DNA from: Macrostomum lignano
Taxonomy: Eukaryota
Direction of reading: 5' to 3'
Assembly (NCBI GenBank): GCA_002269645.1
Contig: NIVC01002708.1
Coordinates: 62,001 to 126,000, forward strand
Length of the DNA stretch: 64,000 bases
Part shown: positions 61,401-64,000 of the stretch, piece by piece
Layout: the number at the start of each line of letters is the position of its first letter
Numbering within the stretch: position 1 is the first letter of the stretch
The notes under the pieces: generated by a model
Told to the model about the DNA's origin: nothing
The model's database searches: none
What the model saw: only the letters and a program-made list of their open reading frames with translations
Made by a program: the position numbers and the translations under genes

Positions 61401-61716
61401 AACTGTCCCACAGGGATCTCATGCCTGAGAAAACTGTCCTACAGAGATCTTATGCCTGAGAAAACTGTCCCACAGAGATCTCATCCTTGAGAAAACTGTC
61501 CCAGAGAGATCTCATGCCTGAGAAAATTGTCCCACAGAGATCTCATCCTTAAGAACAAATCGTAACAACCCACAGGAGACGGCAGTGCTCATCATCCAGA
61601 CCCTGTCCGAGGCGTGCGGCCTCGCCAATCAGCTGATCGAATTCAACCAGCTGCGCCGTCAGCTGCAGCCAGACGCCCGCAGACGATCGAGTCGGAAGCG
61701 GAACAAACAGACTTGA
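47737..61716 (+). CDS. ANKS1: ANKS1/AIDA-1-like SAM-SAM-PTB adaptor without ankyrin repeats, about 548 aa; exons 47737-47763, 49839-50042, 51692-51800, 57793-57941, 58288-59007, 60344-60502, 61015-61152, 61576-61716
   Basis: Phase-consistent GT-AG model. Junction TWAE|IDSILASI matches the ANKS1 W-x-E-I-D-x-I-x-x-S-I motif. SAM1 (LSDADLQELGVRSGMQRRRILAAV) and SAM2 (…FGLHKLGHRRRVF). PTB with WPHHPDVLL, YLG, RLTVCYRGVKFI, FAYVTKD..HYCHCF and IIQTL. Exon 1 is less certain than the rest. Confidence 0.82.
49541..49800. repeat. About 35-bp minisatellite with a GTTGCTATGGTA(A/C)AC core
   Basis: 7 full units plus a half unit immediately before exon 2. Confidence 0.92.
50105..51590. repeat. 57-bp minisatellite (AATCCGTATCCAAGGGAAACCCCGTTGCTATGCTGATTCAGGGCACCTATTAAAGGG)n with variant subunits
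   Basis: About 25 units with higher-order duplications; intron 2. Confidence 0.96.
52405..52545. repeat. 20-bp minisatellite (AAAGTGGCGTCGCTCAGATC)n, continuing at 57564-57600 after the Gypsy insertion
   Basis: Same unit on both flanks of the element. Confidence 0.88.
52800..53599 (+). pseudogene. gag: Gypsy gag with a frameshift inside the first zinc knuckle
   Basis: MAQNTLLPPKFSG...WLRIFE capsid-like start. CFNCGQL breaks off; a second knuckle CHKCSGRGHKDSVC sits in another frame (from 53531) and ends at TAA 53597-53599. Confidence 0.85.
53539..57255 (+). pseudogene. pol: Gypsy pol (PR-RT-RH-IN) with one premature stop
   Basis: WLLDTGA, FSTIDMRQGFLQV, YIDD, CDSS...ELLAIV and HHCC. TAA at 56146-56148 is followed in frame by the integrase core (QLDIK, HSDQG, GNVERFN) and GPF motif. 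Confidence 0.96.
59325..60180. repeat. 31-bp minisatellite (GAGATTGGTGGTAGAATGGCGCCAACTCTCA)n
   Basis: About 27 units; intron 5. Confidence 0.97.
60625..60960. repeat. 27-bp purine-rich minisatellite (AACTACCAAGGGAGCTAGTAAGAGGAA)n
   Basis: Tandem units; intron 6. Confidence 0.9.
61225..61550. repeat. 31-bp minisatellite (CTGTCCCACAGGGATCTCATGCCTGAGAAAA)n
   Basis: About 10 units; intron 7. Confidence 0.95.
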
Positions 61717-61809
61717 TAAATTCAAAGATCAAAAATTTGATTCTGCCACTAAATAATCGTAGCTATAGAACAAGCATGACAACAGGAGGCTTCCAAGGAT
61801 TTCTTCGAA

Positions 61810-62445
61810 TCGTGTGAATTGAAGGCCGATCAGCAACTCAAAATCGTGTGAATTGAAGGCCCAATCAGCAACTCAGAATCGTGTGAATTGAAGGTCGATT
61901 AGCAACTCAAAATCGTGTGAATTGAAGGCCGATTAGCAACTCAAAATCGTGTGAATTAAAGGCCGATCAGCAACTCAAAATCGTGTGAATTGAAGGCCGA
62001 TCAGCGACTTAAAATCGTGTGAATTGAAGGCCGATCAGCAACTCAAAATCGTGTGAATTGAAGGCCGATCAGCAACTTAAAATCGTGTGAATTGAAGGCC
62101 GATCAGCAACTTAAAATCGTGTGAATTGAAGGCCGATCAGCAACTCAAAATCGTGTGAATTGAAGGCCGATCAGCAACTCAAAATCGTGTGAATTGAAGG
62201 CCGATCAGCAACTCAAAATCGTGTGAATTGAAGGCCGATCAGCAACTTAAAATCGTGTGAATTGAAGGCCGATCAGCAACTCAAAATCGTGTGAATTGAA
62301 GGCCGATCAGCAACTCAAAATCGTGTGAATTGAAGGCCGATCAGCAACTCAAAATCGTGTGAATTGAAGGCCGATCAGCAACTTAAAATCGTGTGAATTG
62401 AAGGCCCACAAAAAACTTAAACTCGTGTGAATTGAAGGCCGATTC
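61810..62445. repeat. 34-bp minisatellite (AAAATCGTGTGAATTGAAGGCCGATCAGCAACTC)n
   Basis: About 18 units between the two convergent genes. Confidence 0.97.
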
Positions 62446-63028
62446 AACCTACGCTGCTTTTCAATATTCGTTGATGAGAAAATGATCTCAGAAAAACTAC
62501 AGTTGCTACATTTGACCCGACGTAGTCTCTATTGTCCATTATCTTTCATGTAATCATTTTATTGATAAATAATCGCTATGCATACATTATCAGTAAATTA
62601 ATATAAAAGACAAGACACTCGGGAGTTTTAACTCGATTTGCTCGCCAGCACAGTATTATAATATATGCATATATTGCTCATAATAGTAGCATGAGTTAAA
62701 CAGTGCATTAATTAGATCATACTATTATAACAAATCAAAAAGCAGGAAACAAACCAAGTCTGCGGTCTAAATTTATAACAAATCTATTGTGCAGAGAGGA
62801 ATCATTAGCAATGTATTCTTGGATGCATTGCATTTACCGTCATATTAATAATAAATTAACTATTATTATAGATATAGTGACAACAAAAATAAGCACAATA
62901 CTAGCTAGATTATATATAATGTCAGAAAATTCAATTTAAAATCAGCCTCATCTACCTACTGCTAGTAGCGTCTGCTGAATATACAAACATGAACTAAAAT
63001 AGTTGAATCAAAAACTTCTTAAAAATGT

Positions 63029-63987
63029 TTATCGGAAATTCTCGCCCGAGAACACGCCCTTGGCGCGACGGAACACGCTGTCCTTGCTGGCATCGTAGGG
63101 ATGCTCCTTCGAGGGGATCTCCAAAACCGACGGCAGAGGCGCCGTGTGCTGATCGATCACGGGACGGATCATCTCGGCAATGTGCTGCACTACAAGAATG
63201 ATTGACACGTCGTCTCGGGCTACCAAGCGTTTGAAGGCCTCCTCGATATCGTGCACTCTGAGTAGCGGGTGAGGGCGACCAATATTTATCTTTAGTTTAT
63301 CGGCTTATAAGTCAGCAGGTTCTTGACAGGTTTAGGAGTGACTCTTGGGGTTTAGGGGCGATTCTTAGGGTGAGGGGCGATTCTTAAAGTTTAGAGGCGA
63401 TTCTTTGGGTTTAGGGGCAATTCTTAGGGTTTAGGAGCGATTCTTAGGGTTTAGGGGCGATTCTTAGGGTTTAGGGGCGATTCTTAGGGTTTAGGAGCGA
63501 TTCTTAGGGTTTAGGGGCGATTCTTAGGGTTTAGGGGCGATTCTTAGGGTTTAGGGGCGATTCTTAGGGTTTAGGGGCGATTCTTAGGGTTTAGGGGCGA
63601 TTCTTAGGGTTTAGGGGCGATTCTTAGGGTTTAGGGGCGATTCTTAGGGTTTAGGGGCGATTCTTAGGGTTTAGGGGCGATTCTTAGGGTTTTTTGGGCG
63701 ATTCTTAATGTAGGTTTAGGGGCGATTCCTAAGGTAGGTTTAGGGGCGATTTCTATAATAGCTAAGATCTTTCGGTAGGGCTTAGGGGCAGTTCCTGAAC
63801 ACAAAAGCACACACATTAAGCGAGTGGCCAGCCCACACCCCGCTCACTTGGTGTTGTTATCCACAACAAAAAAATTGTTGCCCTTCCGCTTATCCGACTC
63901 GCCAATGCCGCCGAGCAGGAATCCGGTGATTGTGTCCTCGTCTCCGATGATGGCCATCAGTTTACCTCTGGCGGCTGCTAGCGACAT
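63029..63987 (-). CDS. ATP6V1F: V-type proton ATPase subunit F, 122 aa; exons 63987-63848 and 63257-63029
   Basis: [30 protein letters not shown]...NFFVVDNNT|K-VHDIEEAF...AEMIR...[26 protein letters not shown]; phase-2 GT-AG intron. Confidence 0.97.
63345..63770. repeat. 20-bp telomere-like minisatellite (TTCTTAGGGTTTAGGGGCGA)n
   Basis: About 20 units, each containing TTAGGG and TTTAGGG; V-ATPase F intron. Confidence 0.95.
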
Positions 63988-64000
63988 GACTGAGTGAGTG

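Noticed and set aside
61810-62445. 34-bp direct repeats as a CRISPR array (also the 31-, 40- and 44-bp arrays)
   Set aside because: Units are contiguous with no unique spacers, there are no cas genes, and the context is eukaryotic

Overview
Intron-rich animal genomic DNA with GC-rich exons and AT-rich, minisatellite-filled introns. The style fits a free-living flatworm such as Macrostomum, but that is inference only. Four host genes were assembled by hand from GT-AG boundaries and reading-frame phase: (1) the 3' part of a thioester protein (alpha-2-macroglobulin/TEP family, + strand, <1-3032); (2) a 26-exon, about 2,670-aa ankyrin-WGR-regulatory-catalytic PARP with an intact H-Y-E triad and no SAM domain (PME-5-like architecture, +, 22865-42773); (3) an ANKS1/AIDA-like SAM-SAM-PTB adaptor with no ankyrin exons (+, 47737-61716); (4) V-ATPase subunit F (-, 63029-63987). 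Mobile DNA: a 1.3-kb non-autonomous LTR element (TRIM-like, 5159-6464), a decayed 10.7-kb Ty3/Gypsy element with an extra 3' ORF (-, 8113-18807), a young 5.0-kb Gypsy element inside intron 3 of the adaptor gene (+, 52556-57559), a tRNA-derived CORE-type SINE, and foldback elements centred on GTCACGTGAC. About 30 unrelated micro/minisatellite families occur, nearly one per intron. Several copy splice-site or transcription-factor motifs. No CRISPR array, rRNA or true tRNA gene was found. Most short ORFs in the supplied track are repeat or antisense artefacts.
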